Source: an uncultured Spirochaetota bacterium (GTDB taxonomy: Bacteria > Spirochaetota > Spirochaetia > SZUA-6 > CAVTHK01). Taken from it: 64,000 nucleotides of DNA. A program made the position numbers and the translations under genes. This document shows positions 1 through 13,054 of this stretch, one piece after another (the stretch's first letter is position 1; each line of letters starts with the position of its first letter). The DNA lies in NCBI GenBank assembly GCA_963734495.1, contig CAVTHK010000006.1:1-64000 (forward strand), written 5' to 3'. The notes beneath the pieces are model-generated. The model saw only the letters and a program-made list of their open reading frames with translations, made no database searches and had not been told where the DNA came from.

Positions 1-6
1 GTTCGC

Positions 7-34
7 TTGACGGCCGGCGGGGCCGTTCTATGAT
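7..34 (+). promoter_or_regulatory. sigma70-type promoter TTGACG-N16-TATGAT for the flavin reductase-like gene
   Basis: Near-consensus -35/-10 boxes followed by GAGGAG and ATG at 56. Confidence 0.65.
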
Positions 35-55
35 GGCCGCCGAGGAGCAGGAAAA

Positions 56-946
56 ATGCCCAAGGTCTATTTCACCCACGACGAGATCCAGGAAAGGCCC
101 AACAGCCGCTACCCCACGCCGGACAAGACCACCGTCCACTACCACTTCAGGCCTGCGCGGCCGGCCAATTTCTGCGTGACCCGCGATGCGCTGACCCGCG
201 AGGTCAACGTGTCCGCGGGCACGATCGGGCCGCTGACCTGGAAGCCGTACACGATGTGCCTGCACATCAACATCAAGGAATCCCCTCACACGTACAACAA
301 CCTGCGCGAGGGCTCCGACTGCGTCGTGGCTTTGCCGGGAAAGGACATCGTGGACGAAACGTGGTTTGCGGCGCTGCCGCTGCCGAGGGGCGTGAACGAG
401 ATGGAGGTGGCGGGCCTGCACCCCTGCCCTTCCAAGTTCATCGACGTTCCAGGCATCGAGGAATGCCCCGTCAACTTCGAGTGCAAGGTGGAGTTCAAGA
501 AGGACTACCACACGCACGGGATCGTCTTCGTGCGGGTGATCGGCGCCAGCATCGAGGAAAAGGTGCTCTCGATGAGCCGCGAGGAGGTCGTCCGCTGGTA
601 TCCGACTTACGAGGTGGACGACATGAGCAACGAGTTCGGGGGCTCGATCGAGCGGCTCGGCGTGATGGGCGAGCTCTTCCCGTGCCCGACCTTCCCGCTG
701 GCGCAAAAGGTCGGCTGGGGCCACTCATTTTCCACGTGGATGAGAGAGCTCTGCGACGAGCGCTACCTCGACGAGCGGACGCGCGACGCGATCCTCGCCT
801 GGGAAAAGGAGTACAACTCCCTTTTCGACAGGAGCCGGGAGGCGCGGAGGAACGAGCTCAAGGATCTGATTACGCGCGCCTGCAGGCTCATCGTCACGAA
901 GAAGTGGGACGGTCTGAAGAGCCTGGTCGCGGGGGCGCCCCGATAG
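56..946 (+). CDS. Flavin reductase-like (DIM6/NTAB split-barrel FMN-binding) protein with C-terminal helical extension
   Basis: Motifs HTYNNL..DCVVALP, NEMEVAGL..PS..IDVPGIEECPVNFECKV typical of the family. Confidence 0.75.
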   Translation: MPKVYFTHDEIQERPNSRYPTPDKTTVHYHFRPARPANFCVTRDALTREVNVSAGTIGPLTWKPYTMCLHINIKESPHTYNNLREGSDCVVALPGKDIVDETWFAALPLPRGVNEMEVAGLHPCPSKFIDVPGIEECPVNFECKVEFKKDYHTHGIVFVRVIGASIEEKVLSMSREEVVRWYPTYEVDDMSNEFGGSIERLGVMGELFPCPTFPLAQKVGWGHSFSTWMRELCDERYLDERTRDAILAWEKEYNSLFDRSREARRNELKDLITRACRLIVTKKWDGLKSLVAGAPR

Positions 947-953
947 CGCCGCG

Positions 954-2099
954 TCACCTGTAGGGATCCGCGGCGTCCCGCAGCCCGTCGCCCAGGAAAT
1001 TGAAGGACAGCACCGCGAGGATCACGCCGAAGACCGGCAGAATCAGCCACGGGTAGAGCGCGACGGTCTCTATGTTCTGAGCGTCCTTGAGAAGCACGCC
1101 CCAGCTCACGGCGGGCGCCTGGATGCCCAGGCCCAGGAAGCTGAGCGCGGTCTCCCCCAGGATCATCTGCGGGATCGCCAGCGTCAGGTTGACGATCAGG
1201 TAGCTGATGAACGACGGCAGCAGGTGGCGGAAGATGATGTCCGGCTTGCCGGCGCCGGCGATCGCCGCGGCCATGACGAAGTCTTCCTCGCGCAGCTCCA
1301 GGAGCTTGCCCCGCACCACGCGCGCCAGGTAGCACCAGCTGATGAGCGAGAGGATGATCGTGATCGCGAAATAGACCTTGACCGGGGGCCAGCCGTGGGG
1401 CAGAGCCGCGGCGAGGCCCATCCAGAGCGGGATCGTGGGGATCGAAAGCAGGAATTCGATGACCCTCTGGATCACCAGGTCCACGGTGCCGCCGTAGTAG
1501 CCGGAAATTCCGCCGAGGATGCACCCCAGCGTAAAGCTCATCGCGACGCCGACCAGCCCGACCGACATCGAGATCCGCGTCGCGTAGATGTCCCGCGACA
1601 ACAGGTCCCGCCCCAGCTCGTCGGTGCCGAGCAGGAACAGCGTCCCCGGCTGCTCGACCCCGATGACGTGGAGGTCCATCGGGATGAGGCCCCAGAGCTT
1701 GTACGGTTCGCCCCGGACGAAAAAGCGGATGGGGTACGCCTTTTCGCGGTCGTCGACGTAGATCTTGCGGTGCGTCACGGGGTGACGGTCGCCCTTGAGC
1801 CCGTGTACGAAGGGCCGGAAGTAAAGCCCGTGCCCGGAGTCGAAGAAATGGACCGCCTGCGGCGGGGCGTAGCTGTAGCCGACCTGCCTCGACTGGGAAT
1901 CGTAGGGCGCAAGCACCTCGCACAACAGGGCGACCACGTAGAGCGCGACGATCACGAGCCCTCCCGCGATCGCGAGCTTGTTGCGGCGGAACTTGCGCGC
2001 CATCAGCTCCCACTGCGACGCAGTGTAGTACTTCTCTCCGCCCGACCCGGCCGCCGGGCCCTCCCCGGCCGGCTCAACGCGCACCACGTGCTCGCCCAT
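954..2099 (-). CDS. ABC transporter permease, OppC/DppC type
   Basis: LGTDELGRDLLSR, EEDFVMAAAIAGA (EAA-like), FNFLGDGLRDAADP C-terminus. Confidence 0.95.
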   Translation of the reverse strand: MGEHVVRVEPAGEGPAAGSGGEKYYTASQWELMARKFRRNKLAIAGGLVIVALYVVALLCEVLAPYDSQSRQVGYSYAPPQAVHFFDSGHGLYFRPFVHGLKGDRHPVTHRKIYVDDREKAYPIRFFVRGEPYKLWGLIPMDLHVIGVEQPGTLFLLGTDELGRDLLSRDIYATRISMSVGLVGVAMSFTLGCILGGISGYYGGTVDLVIQRVIEFLLSIPTIPLWMGLAAALPHGWPPVKVYFAITIILSLISWCYLARVVRGKLLELREEDFVMAAAIAGAGKPDIIFRHLLPSFISYLIVNLTLAIPQMILGETALSFLGLGIQAPAVSWGVLLKDAQNIETVALYPWLILPVFGVILAVLSFNFLGDGLRDAADPYR

Positions 2100-3092
2100 T
2101 TACTGCTTGCCCTCGAGGCGTATCCGCGGATCCGTCAGCATCAGGAGCACGTCCGACAGCAGCACGCCGACCACCACCATGCTGCTGAGTATGAGGAGGA
2201 TGCTACCGGCGAGGAACATGTCCTCGGCCAGCAGCGCCTGCAGCAGCAGCGGCCCGGTCGTCGGGAGGTTGAGCACGATGGCCGTGATGGTCGCGCCCGA
2301 GATGATGCCCGGCAGGATCCACCCGATGCTGCTGATCATCGGGTTGAGCGCTATGCGGACCGGGTACTTGAAGAGCAGCACCCGCTCGGCCACGCCCTTG
2401 GCCCGGGCGGTGATGACGTACTGCTTGCGCAGCTCGTCGAGCAGCGTCGCGCGCATCACGCGGATGAGGCCGGCCGTACCCGAGGCCCCGATGACGATCA
2501 CGGGAATCGGAAGATGCCTGACCAGGTCGACGATCTTGGCGAAGCTCCAGCCGGTCTCCCGGAACGCCGGCGAGAAGAGACCGCCGACGCTCCAGCCCAG
2601 GTAATAGACCGAGAGGAACATGAGCACGAGGGCAAGCAGGAAGCTCGGCGTCGCGAGCCCGATGAATCCGAGGACGGTAAAGAAGTAGTCGCCGAACGAG
2701 TACTGGCGGGTGGCCGAGTAGATGCCGATCGGGATGGCGGCCGCGTAGGTAAAGACCAGCGTGATGAGGGACACGACCACCGTGAGAGGGACGGTGTTCA
2801 CGAGCAGGGCGCCGACCGGCAGGTTCCAGTAGTACGAATAGCCGAACCGGCCCCGGAAGATCCCGGCCAGCCACATGAGGTACTGCACGTACAGGGGCCG
2901 ATCGAGGCCGTACTGGATGCGGAGCCCCTCGATCATCTCCTGCGTGACCGACGCGCCCGTTTCCGTGAGCCGCGCGATGTACGTGGTGAGGTAATCGCCC
3001 GGGGGGAGCTGGATGATCACGAACGAGATGATCGAGATGAAGAAAATCGTGACGACGCCAAAGGCCAGGCGCTGGATGATGAAACGCCGCAT
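2100..3092 (-). CDS. ABC transporter permease, OppB/DppB type
   Basis: YGLDRPLYVQY, YVITARAKGV, C-terminal DPRIR. Confidence 0.95.
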   Translation of the reverse strand: MRRFIIQRLAFGVVTIFFISIISFVIIQLPPGDYLTTYIARLTETGASVTQEMIEGLRIQYGLDRPLYVQYLMWLAGIFRGRFGYSYYWNLPVGALLVNTVPLTVVVSLITLVFTYAAAIPIGIYSATRQYSFGDYFFTVLGFIGLATPSFLLALVLMFLSVYYLGWSVGGLFSPAFRETGWSFAKIVDLVRHLPIPVIVIGASGTAGLIRVMRATLLDELRKQYVITARAKGVAERVLLFKYPVRIALNPMISSIGWILPGIISGATITAIVLNLPTTGPLLLQALLAEDMFLAGSILLILSSMVVVGVLLSDVLLMLTDPRIRLEGKQ

Positions 3093-3108
3093 GCTTCCTC
3101 AGAGAAAC

Positions 3109-3131
3109 GGGGAGCCGGCGACCGGCTCCCC
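3109..3131 (-). terminator. Stem-loop between the solute-binding and permease genes (partial terminator or mRNA stabiliser)
   Basis: Perfect 10-bp inverted repeat GGGGAGCCGG-N3-CCGGCTCCCC followed on minus strand by GTTTCT. Confidence 0.6.
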
Positions 3132-3145
3132 CGACCTGCTGTCCT

Positions 3146-5176
3146 CTACTTCACGAAGAAGTACTGCTCCGAGTGCTCCCAGCGCGGCGCCCAGTCGCAG
3201 ATGAACTGCTCGGGTACGTTGTGCATCCTGACGCTGACGACCCTCATGAACGGCGTAAAGCTCACGGTCCCGATCACGTAGATGTTGTCGGCCCACAGGT
3301 CCACGATCTTCTGGGCGGCCTTGTCGCGCTCGGCCGTGTCCGGCGTGGTCCGCGCGATGTCGAAGTACTTCATCAGGTCCTTGAACTCCTGGCGCGGCGG
3401 CTCCTTGCCCGCCTTGCCGCCGGAGGCGTACCAGAGGCCCCACTGCCTCCACGTCTCGGTGTTATAGCTCATGGGGACGTAGCGGATCGCGTCGACGAGA
3501 AAGTTCGGAAGCTGGCGGTCGAAGTTCCCCCACGTCTTGATGGTCATGACGCCCGCCTGATCGCGTTCCGTGTAGAGGTTGCGGGCCGAAGCCTTGACCG
3601 TGGCCTTGAGCCCGACCTTCTTCCAGTGGTCTGCCACGAGCTCGAGGAGCTTGATGTCCGCGGGGACGGTCTTGCACTCGATCAGCATGTCCAGGACCTG
3701 GCCGTCGGACCGCAGGCGCCAGCCTTCGGCGTTGCGCTTGGAGAGACCCACCTCGTCGAGAAGCTGGTTCGCCTTGGCCTGGTCGAACTCGATGAACGCC
3801 TTGCCCCACTTCTCGCTGTAATAGGGGACTCCCGGCATCAGCGCGGCCTGGTAGGGCTTGCCCATGCCGTTAAAGATCAGCTCGTTGATCTCCGCGCGGT
3901 TGATCGCGTAGGAGAGAGCGATCCTGAAGCGCCGGTCCAGGAACAGGTTGAGCAGCACCGGGTCGGCGGTGTCGTAGTTCGGGATGATGATCTGGCGCGA
4001 GCCGTCGGCGTGGGTGTACTCCACGAGCCGGTAGCCGCCCTTCTTTTCATTTTCCTTGAGGAGGGGATAGACGGGAAGGTTGGTGCCGAGGCCCCAGTCC
4101 TGCAGGTCGAGCTCTCCGGCGATGGCCTTGAGGGGCCAGGTGTTCCGGTCCTCCGCGCGGTCCCAGACCATCGTGTCGATGTACGGGAGCTGGTTGCCCG
4201 CCGGGTCGACCTTCCAGTAGTACGGGTTGCGCTCGAAGACCGTGCGCTCCGCCGTCGGCGGGCTCACCACGACCCACGCGCGCAGCTGCGGGTAGTCCGG
4301 GTTGGCGCTGATGGCGTTGTTGCGCCTGTTCTGCATCAAAGCCGGCCAGCCGGTGAGGCTCAGGTCCTTGGCCTGCTTGTCGAGGGCCGCGGCCCCGCCC
4401 GGCGCGTACTTCGGGTGGAACTTCATCAGGTAGTGCTTGGGCTCCGCGTTCCAGGCGGAGTTGGCGACGAACTGCGGGAACATCCCGTAGGGGCCGTCGA
4501 AGGTCATGCGGATGGTGTAGTCGTCGATCTTGTCCAGCTTCGGCAGCTTGCCGTTGACGGTCCACCAGCCGGGATAGGTCGGCGTGACGTTCTTGTCGCC
4601 GATGAGGTCCTCGATGGTGAAGATGATGTCGTCGACGGTGTAGGGCTCGCCGTCGGACCACTTGACGCCCTTTCTGAGATAGAAGGTGAAGGTCTTCGCG
4701 TCCGCGCTCACTTCCCACTTCTTCGCGAGGTTCGGGACCAGCTTCTTCCCGTCCCAGGAGAACTGCAGCAGGCCTTCCATCGTGAGCCGGTCCTGGGCCC
4801 AGGGCTCGTTGTTGCTGGCCCAGACCTCGCGCCACTGGCCGCCGTACTGCCCGATCTCTTCGACCACGTCGGCGACCTGGATGTCCGCGGCGTCGGGCAG
4901 GCGCTTGTCGAGCGACGGGATCTTGCCCGCCTTGACCCGCTCCGCCAGCGCCGGGGCTTCGTTGAACTTTGCCATCTTCCTGCCCGTGGCCTTCTCGAAG
5001 TCGGCAACCGTGTTCCAGCTGCCGGTCTCCCAGTACGTCTTCCCGGGCGTAGGAACGGCCTTGGACGCGGCACCGGCGGCACCCGCCGCTGCGCCCGCAC
5101 CCGCGTCCTTGACGCCGCCGGCAAAGGCGCTCAGTGCTCCGAGCAGCACGAGGAACAGTGCAACGATGCGCTTCAT
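3146..5176 (-). CDS. ABC transporter substrate-binding protein, family 5 (oligosaccharide/peptide-type)
   Basis: Signal peptide MKRIVALF after AAGGAGG; LRKGVKWSDGEPYTVDD, ERNPYYWKVDPAGNQLPYID, FRIALSYAINR. Start trimmed from the 5386 ORF call. Confidence 0.93.
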   Translation of the reverse strand: MKRIVALFLVLLGALSAFAGGVKDAGAGAAAGAAGAASKAVPTPGKTYWETGSWNTVADFEKATGRKMAKFNEAPALAERVKAGKIPSLDKRLPDAADIQVADVVEEIGQYGGQWREVWASNNEPWAQDRLTMEGLLQFSWDGKKLVPNLAKKWEVSADAKTFTFYLRKGVKWSDGEPYTVDDIIFTIEDLIGDKNVTPTYPGWWTVNGKLPKLDKIDDYTIRMTFDGPYGMFPQFVANSAWNAEPKHYLMKFHPKYAPGGAAALDKQAKDLSLTGWPALMQNRRNNAISANPDYPQLRAWVVVSPPTAERTVFERNPYYWKVDPAGNQLPYIDTMVWDRAEDRNTWPLKAIAGELDLQDWGLGTNLPVYPLLKENEKKGGYRLVEYTHADGSRQIIIPNYDTADPVLLNLFLDRRFRIALSYAINRAEINELIFNGMGKPYQAALMPGVPYYSEKWGKAFIEFDQAKANQLLDEVGLSKRNAEGWRLRSDGQVLDMLIECKTVPADIKLLELVADHWKKVGLKATVKASARNLYTERDQAGVMTIKTWGNFDRQLPNFLVDAIRYVPMSYNTETWRQWGLWYASGGKAGKEPPRQEFKDLMKYFDIARTTPDTAERDKAAQKIVDLWADNIYVIGTVSFTPFMRVVSVRMHNVPEQFICDWAPRWEHSEQYFFVK

Positions 5177-5274
5177 CGCGAACCTCCTTGTCCGGGACCC
5201 TGCCCAAGTCCTTCCCAGGCCGCCCGGGCGTTGCCGTGAGCTCCCTCCGAATGAGCGAGCTCGTTGGCTGCTCG

Positions 5275-5302
5275 ATTCTATAGCGTTCCGACTCAAAGTC
5301 AA
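5275..5302 (-). promoter_or_regulatory. sigma70-type promoter TTGACT-N16-TAGAAT for the ABC operon
   Basis: Near-consensus boxes in AT-rich patch upstream of the SBP gene. Confidence 0.65.
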
Positions 5303-5363
5303 GAAAAACTGCGTTGCACACGCTGCACGGCGTGCCGGCTGCGGTGCACGCACAGCGTCGCAC

Positions 5364-5391
5364 TTGACGCGTCGCCTGCCCGCCATACCAT
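5364..5391 (+). promoter_or_regulatory. sigma70-type promoter TTGACG-N16-TACCAT for SDR gene (very short leader)
   Basis: Boxes end 9 nt before ATG 5401, no obvious SD. Confidence 0.5.
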
Positions 5392-5400
5392 ATACCGGCC

Positions 5401-6183
5401 ATGGGGAACGAACGTCATTCCGGGAGGCTGCGGGCCAGGGTCGTCATCGTCACCGGCGCGACAAAAGGGATCGGGGCGGACATTGCGCGGCTCGCGGCGG
5501 GCGAAGGCGCGAGCGTCGTGATCAGCGGGCGCGATGCGGGCGCGGGCGAAGCGGTCGCGGCCGGCATCGCCGCCGCGGGCGGGACCGCGGTGTTCGCGGC
5601 CGCGGACGTGAGCCGGGCGGCCGACTGCAGGCGACTCGTCGAGACGACCGTCGCGCGCTTCGGCCGCCTCGACGGGCTCGTGAACAACGCGGGCGTGTTC
5701 CCGCGGGGCACCCTGCTGGAAACCGAGGAGCCCTTCTTCGACGAGGTCTTCGGCATCGACCTCAAGGGGCCTTTCTTCTGCTGCCGCTACGGGGTGGCAG
5801 CGATGATCCGAGGCGGCGGCGGCTCGGTGGTCAACATCGGCTCCACGCACGCCTGGGCGGGGGCGCGCGATCTCGCGGCCTACAGCGTGGCCAAAGGGGC
5901 GCTGCACACCCTCACTCGCCACATAGCCCGGAACTACGCCGCCGAGCGCGTGCGCGCCAACTGGGTCACGGTCGGGTGGGTCGAGACCCCCGGCGAGGTC
6001 GCGCGCGTCGCGAACGAAGGCAGGGACGCAGCGTGGCTGCGGAAGCAGGGGGAGCAGCGCGTTCCGCTCGGCCGCCTGCAGACGGGTGAGGACATCGGCT
6101 GGGCGGTCGTGTACCTCCTCTCCGACGAATCCTCCCAGGTCACGGGGACCGAGATCCACGTCTCGGGAGGCTTCCTCCCGTAG
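5401..6183 (+). CDS. Short-chain dehydrogenase/reductase
   Basis: TGATKGIG, LVNNAG, YSVAKG (YxxxK). Confidence 0.95.
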   Translation: MGNERHSGRLRARVVIVTGATKGIGADIARLAAGEGASVVISGRDAGAGEAVAAGIAAAGGTAVFAAADVSRAADCRRLVETTVARFGRLDGLVNNAGVFPRGTLLETEEPFFDEVFGIDLKGPFFCCRYGVAAMIRGGGGSVVNIGSTHAWAGARDLAAYSVAKGALHTLTRHIARNYAAERVRANWVTVGWVETPGEVARVANEGRDAAWLRKQGEQRVPLGRLQTGEDIGWAVVYLLSDESSQVTGTEIHVSGGFLP

Positions 6184-6292
6184 CCGGGCTCCCGCGCGCG
6201 TTCCAGCCGCGCGTCGCCGCCGCGACTTGACGCCCGCGGACGCAGCATCGCAGACTGCGGCAGCGGCGCGAGAGCCGGCGAGGAGGGGCCCC

Positions 6293-7294
6293 TTGAAGAA
6301 GATCCTCAACAACCCGCGCGACTATGTGGACGAGATGCTCGAGGGACTGTGCGCGGCGCACCCCGAGTTCTACAGGCGGACCGGTCCCGGCGGACGGGTC
6401 ATCGTGCGGCCCGACGCCCCGCTCGCGGGCAAGGTCGGCATCGTCACCGGCGGGGGCTCCGGCCACCTGCCGGTGTTTACCGGCTATGTGGGACGAGGGC
6501 TGCTCGACTCGGCGGCCATCGGCGACGTCTTCGCCTCGCCAAACGCCGAGCAGATGGCCCAAGCGATGCGCGCCGCGAACGGGGGCGCCGGAGTGCTGCG
6601 CCTCTACGGCAACTACGGCGGCGACATCATGAACTTCGACATGGCCGGCGACATGGTCGAGATGGAAGGCATCCAGACGACGACCGTCCTGCTCGCCGAC
6701 GACGTGGCGAGCGCTCCGCCCGCGGAGCGGGCCAAGCGGCGCGGCACAGGCGGGCTGGTCTACGCGTTCAAGGCGGCGGGCGCCAGCGCGGAAGCGAAGG
6801 CCGACCTGACCGAGGTCACGCGCGTGGCGCAGAAGGCCGCGGACGCCTGCCGCTCCTTCGGCGTGGCCCTGACGCCGTGCACGGTCCCCCAGGCGGGCAA
6901 GCCGACCTTCGCGATCGGCGAGGACGACATGGAGCTGGGCATGGGCATCCACGGTGAGCCGGGCGTGTGGAGGGGGCCGCTCAAGAACGCCGACGCCATC
7001 GCGGACGACATGCTGGACCGCCTCCTCGCCGACATGCCGTTGTCGGCGGGAGACCGCGTATCGGTGCTGGTGAACAGCCTCGGCGCCACGCCTCCGGAGG
7101 AGCTCTACATCCTCTACCGCCGCCTGCGCAGCCGCCTCGCGGACCGCAGGATCGCGATCGTGATGCCCCTCGTGGGCCGCTACGCGACCTCGATGGAGAT
7201 GACGGGCGTGACGCTCACGCTCCTGGGCCTCGATGGCGAGCTCGAGCGGCTCCTCCGCGCCCCGTGCGCGTGCGCCTTCTGGACAGTGAGCTGA
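6293..7294 (+). CDS. dhaK: Dihydroxyacetone kinase-family subunit K
   Basis: TTG start after AGGAGG; GGGSGHLP, NYGGDIMNF, GMGIHGEPG. Confidence 0.92.
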   Translation: MKKILNNPRDYVDEMLEGLCAAHPEFYRRTGPGGRVIVRPDAPLAGKVGIVTGGGSGHLPVFTGYVGRGLLDSAAIGDVFASPNAEQMAQAMRAANGGAGVLRLYGNYGGDIMNFDMAGDMVEMEGIQTTTVLLADDVASAPPAERAKRRGTGGLVYAFKAAGASAEAKADLTEVTRVAQKAADACRSFGVALTPCTVPQAGKPTFAIGEDDMELGMGIHGEPGVWRGPLKNADAIADDMLDRLLADMPLSAGDRVSVLVNSLGATPPEELYILYRRLRSRLADRRIAIVMPLVGRYATSMEMTGVTLTLLGLDGELERLLRAPCACAFWTVS

Positions 7295-7908
7295 TGCCCC
7301 CGGCGGATGGTCTCGATATCGCCCGACTGCGGGCGGGCCTGGCGACGATCAGCGAGCGGATGGCCGGGTGCCGTGAGGAGCTCAACGCTGCCGACGCCGC
7401 ACTGGGCGACGGGGACATCGGCGTAGCGGTCTCCGAGGGGTTCGCGTCGCTGCGCGCCGAGCTCGACGCGCTGCCCGAGGACCTCGGGGCCGCGCTGATG
7501 AAGTGCTCGCAGGCGCTGGTCAGGGTGCGCGCCTCATCGTTCGCCACGCTGCTGGCCACGGGCTTCATGGCCGCGGCGCTCGTGCTCAAGGGGCAGACGT
7601 CAGCTCCCTGGGGCGTCGTCCCGCTGCTGCTCGAAGCCGCGATCGCAAAGATGGGGGCGCGGGGCAGGAGCGCGCTCGGCGAGAAGACGGTGCTCGACAG
7701 CCTGGACGCGATCCGCGCCGCGCTCGCGGGCCTCGACGACCCCGCGCTGATGCGGCGGCGCGCGGCCGAGGCGGCGCGGGCGGCCCTCGACGAGTACAGG
7801 GACCGCCCCTGCAAGCAGGGCCGCGCGCGCATCTTCGCGGACAAAAGCCGGGGGCTCGACGACCCCGGGATGCTGGCCGTGACGCGCATGGTCGAGGCGA
7901 TCGCGTAG
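7294..7908 (+). CDS. dhaL: Dihydroxyacetone kinase-family subunit L (DAK2 domain)
   Basis: TGATG overlap with dhaK; LNAADAALGDGDIG, GEKTVLDSL, GRA..DDPG. Confidence 0.9.
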   Translation: MPPADGLDIARLRAGLATISERMAGCREELNAADAALGDGDIGVAVSEGFASLRAELDALPEDLGAALMKCSQALVRVRASSFATLLATGFMAAALVLKGQTSAPWGVVPLLLEAAIAKMGARGRSALGEKTVLDSLDAIRAALAGLDDPALMRRRAAEAARAALDEYRDRPCKQGRARIFADKSRGLDDPGMLAVTRMVEAIA

Positions 7909-7944
7909 GGCGGCGGACGCGCGCGGCGCACGCCCCGCGCCGGC

Positions 7945-11217
<3,273 letters not shown>

Positions 11218-11341
11218 TCCTGGTCCGGATTCGGGGACTTGGTGACTCTAATGTAGTATAATCGGTGGCAAGCTCAAAGGGCGTCCGGCGCCGCCCCCCG
11301 GGGCGCGCGACGCGAAAACGTACCTCCGCGACTGGCGGCGC

Positions 11342-13054
11342 ATGACGGAACTGACGGTCTTCGACATCCTCGTACGCACACTGGACTCCCAGGAGCGCAG
11401 GAGCCTCCTCGACCGCATCCTCGCCTCTTCGGAGGTCTCGCAGGCGCCGCTGCGGCCTCCCGACGAGGACGAGCAGATGGTCGACCTCGCCGGCGAGTAC
11501 AAGCGGATGTCGCTCTTCCGCAAGCTGCTCATCCTGATCCGGTCCCTCTTCACGGGCCAGGACCGATTCCTGGTCCTGGAGCAGATCCTGCTGCGGCGGC
11601 TCGAAGCCATGATCGAGCGGCACGGCGCGGGCCTGATGCACTTCCGCAAGCGCACTTTCGAGACGCAGATGTACGACGAGCTCGCGGCTCTGCGGATGAG
11701 CGTTCAGTATCTCAAGTCGCCCCTCGACCTGTCGATGAGGCGCGAAAAGGACGAGTTCATCGCGTTTCTCGCGGGGATCGAGATGCCCGAGGTGCAGAAG
11801 CGCCTCATGGAGGTTTCGGACCCGGAGTCCCAGTGGCGCGACGACATGGAGCTCGACAGCGGCTCGTTCAGGACGGAGCTCACGCGGCGCTGCGAGGAGA
11901 TCCTCGAGGGTATTCCCAAGGAGATGCGGCGCGCCGTCTACCTCGACGTGCAGGCGCTCAACGCGCTCGCCCGCCTCGCGCTCCACCCGTTCGGCGCGAT
12001 GCTCGCCTGCTTCCGTTCGAGCAGCGGCGGCGAGGAGCGGAGCTGCGGCTTCTCCGAGCTCGCGCGCTACCTGGTCGCCCTGTCGGAGGTGCTCGCGGCG
12101 GTGCAGGTCCCGCCTGCCGCGGAGGCGTTGCGCGCGCTCTTCCTCTACTGCTACAAGGACAGCCTCCTCGACCCGGCGTTCAAGCTCGACGAGCACCTCA
12201 AGGCCGATCTCATCAGCGTCGAGAGCGCTCTCAACGGGATCCGTGAGTTCAATGAGGCGGTGCCGATCAATCTCGTCGTCAAATACGCCACAGGCAACCT
12301 CGGCTACAAGCCGAAGGTTTCGGGCGGCGGCGAGGACTGGTACGCGATCTACAAGAGCTTCTGGAAGCGGCGCCTCGCCGACAACTACGCGCTGTTCTAC
12401 CGCGGCAAGATGGTGGACCGCCTCGCGTCCCGCGCGGTTGCCTACCTCGGCGTCGCAAGGCTCCCGGCGCTGGAGGAGTACCGGCCGGACCAGTTCGACC
12501 ACGGGTCGCAGCTCAAGCACGTCCTCTCCCTCGCCTTCCTCAAGGGATTCTTCCAGAACGTCTTTGCCCGCGTCACGCGCCCTCTGCGGATCATTCTCAC
12601 CAGCGGAGACTTCTACAAGCCGGAGAACCGCAACGAGCTCAACGACGCCCTCGCCTACCTCGGCCTGATCGAGGACAACATCAACAACCTCGAAAGCAGG
12701 CTGACCAGGGAAGGCGACCTGGGCCTGCAGCTGGCCGACGCCCGCGCCGAGCGCAAGAGCCCGGCCGCGCGCCTGCGCCGCATCCGCTCCGTAGCCGAGC
12801 AGGCCGACCGCAACGCCTCCTATCTCGTCGCGGAGTGCTACAAGAAGCTCTCCAACCTCACCCAGGTTCTGCAGGGGATCCTGCACGGCAAGAGCTCGGA
12901 GCGCTACGACACCCTCGCCAACCTGAGCTCGATCGGCGGCGTGGGGAACCGGCTCCTCGTCTCCGCCTGGTCCGACGCGCTCGAGCAGCTCAAAGGCGCT
13001 CAGGGGTTGCTGCGGGAAATCCGCGACGTCGAGGAGTCGTCCCTCCAAAGTTAG
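11342..13054 (+). CDS. Conserved hypothetical helical protein, DUF5312-like (spirochete)
   Basis: 570-aa ORF with strong GC3 bias; GGGEDWY and RYDTLANLS segments recalled from spirochete DUF5312 proteins. Confidence 0.6.
   Translation: MTELTVFDILVRTLDSQERRSLLDRILASSEVSQAPLRPPDEDEQMVDLAGEYKRMSLFRKLLILIRSLFTGQDRFLVLEQILLRRLEAMIERHGAGLMHFRKRTFETQMYDELAALRMSVQYLKSPLDLSMRREKDEFIAFLAGIEMPEVQKRLMEVSDPESQWRDDMELDSGSFRTELTRRCEEILEGIPKEMRRAVYLDVQALNALARLALHPFGAMLACFRSSSGGEERSCGFSELARYLVALSEVLAAVQVPPAAEALRALFLYCYKDSLLDPAFKLDEHLKADLISVESALNGIREFNEAVPINLVVKYATGNLGYKPKVSGGGEDWYAIYKSFWKRRLADNYALFYRGKMVDRLASRAVAYLGVARLPALEEYRPDQFDHGSQLKHVLSLAFLKGFFQNVFARVTRPLRIILTSGDFYKPENRNELNDALAYLGLIEDNINNLESRLTREGDLGLQLADARAERKSPAARLRRIRSVAEQADRNASYLVAECYKKLSNLTQVLQGILHGKSSERYDTLANLSSIGGVGNRLLVSAWSDALEQLKGAQGLLREIRDVEESSLQS

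Noticed and set aside
11221-11245. GGGGACTTGG upstream of the histidine kinase as another leader-motif copy
   Set aside because: Antisense to the adjacent start codon and lacks both hairpins
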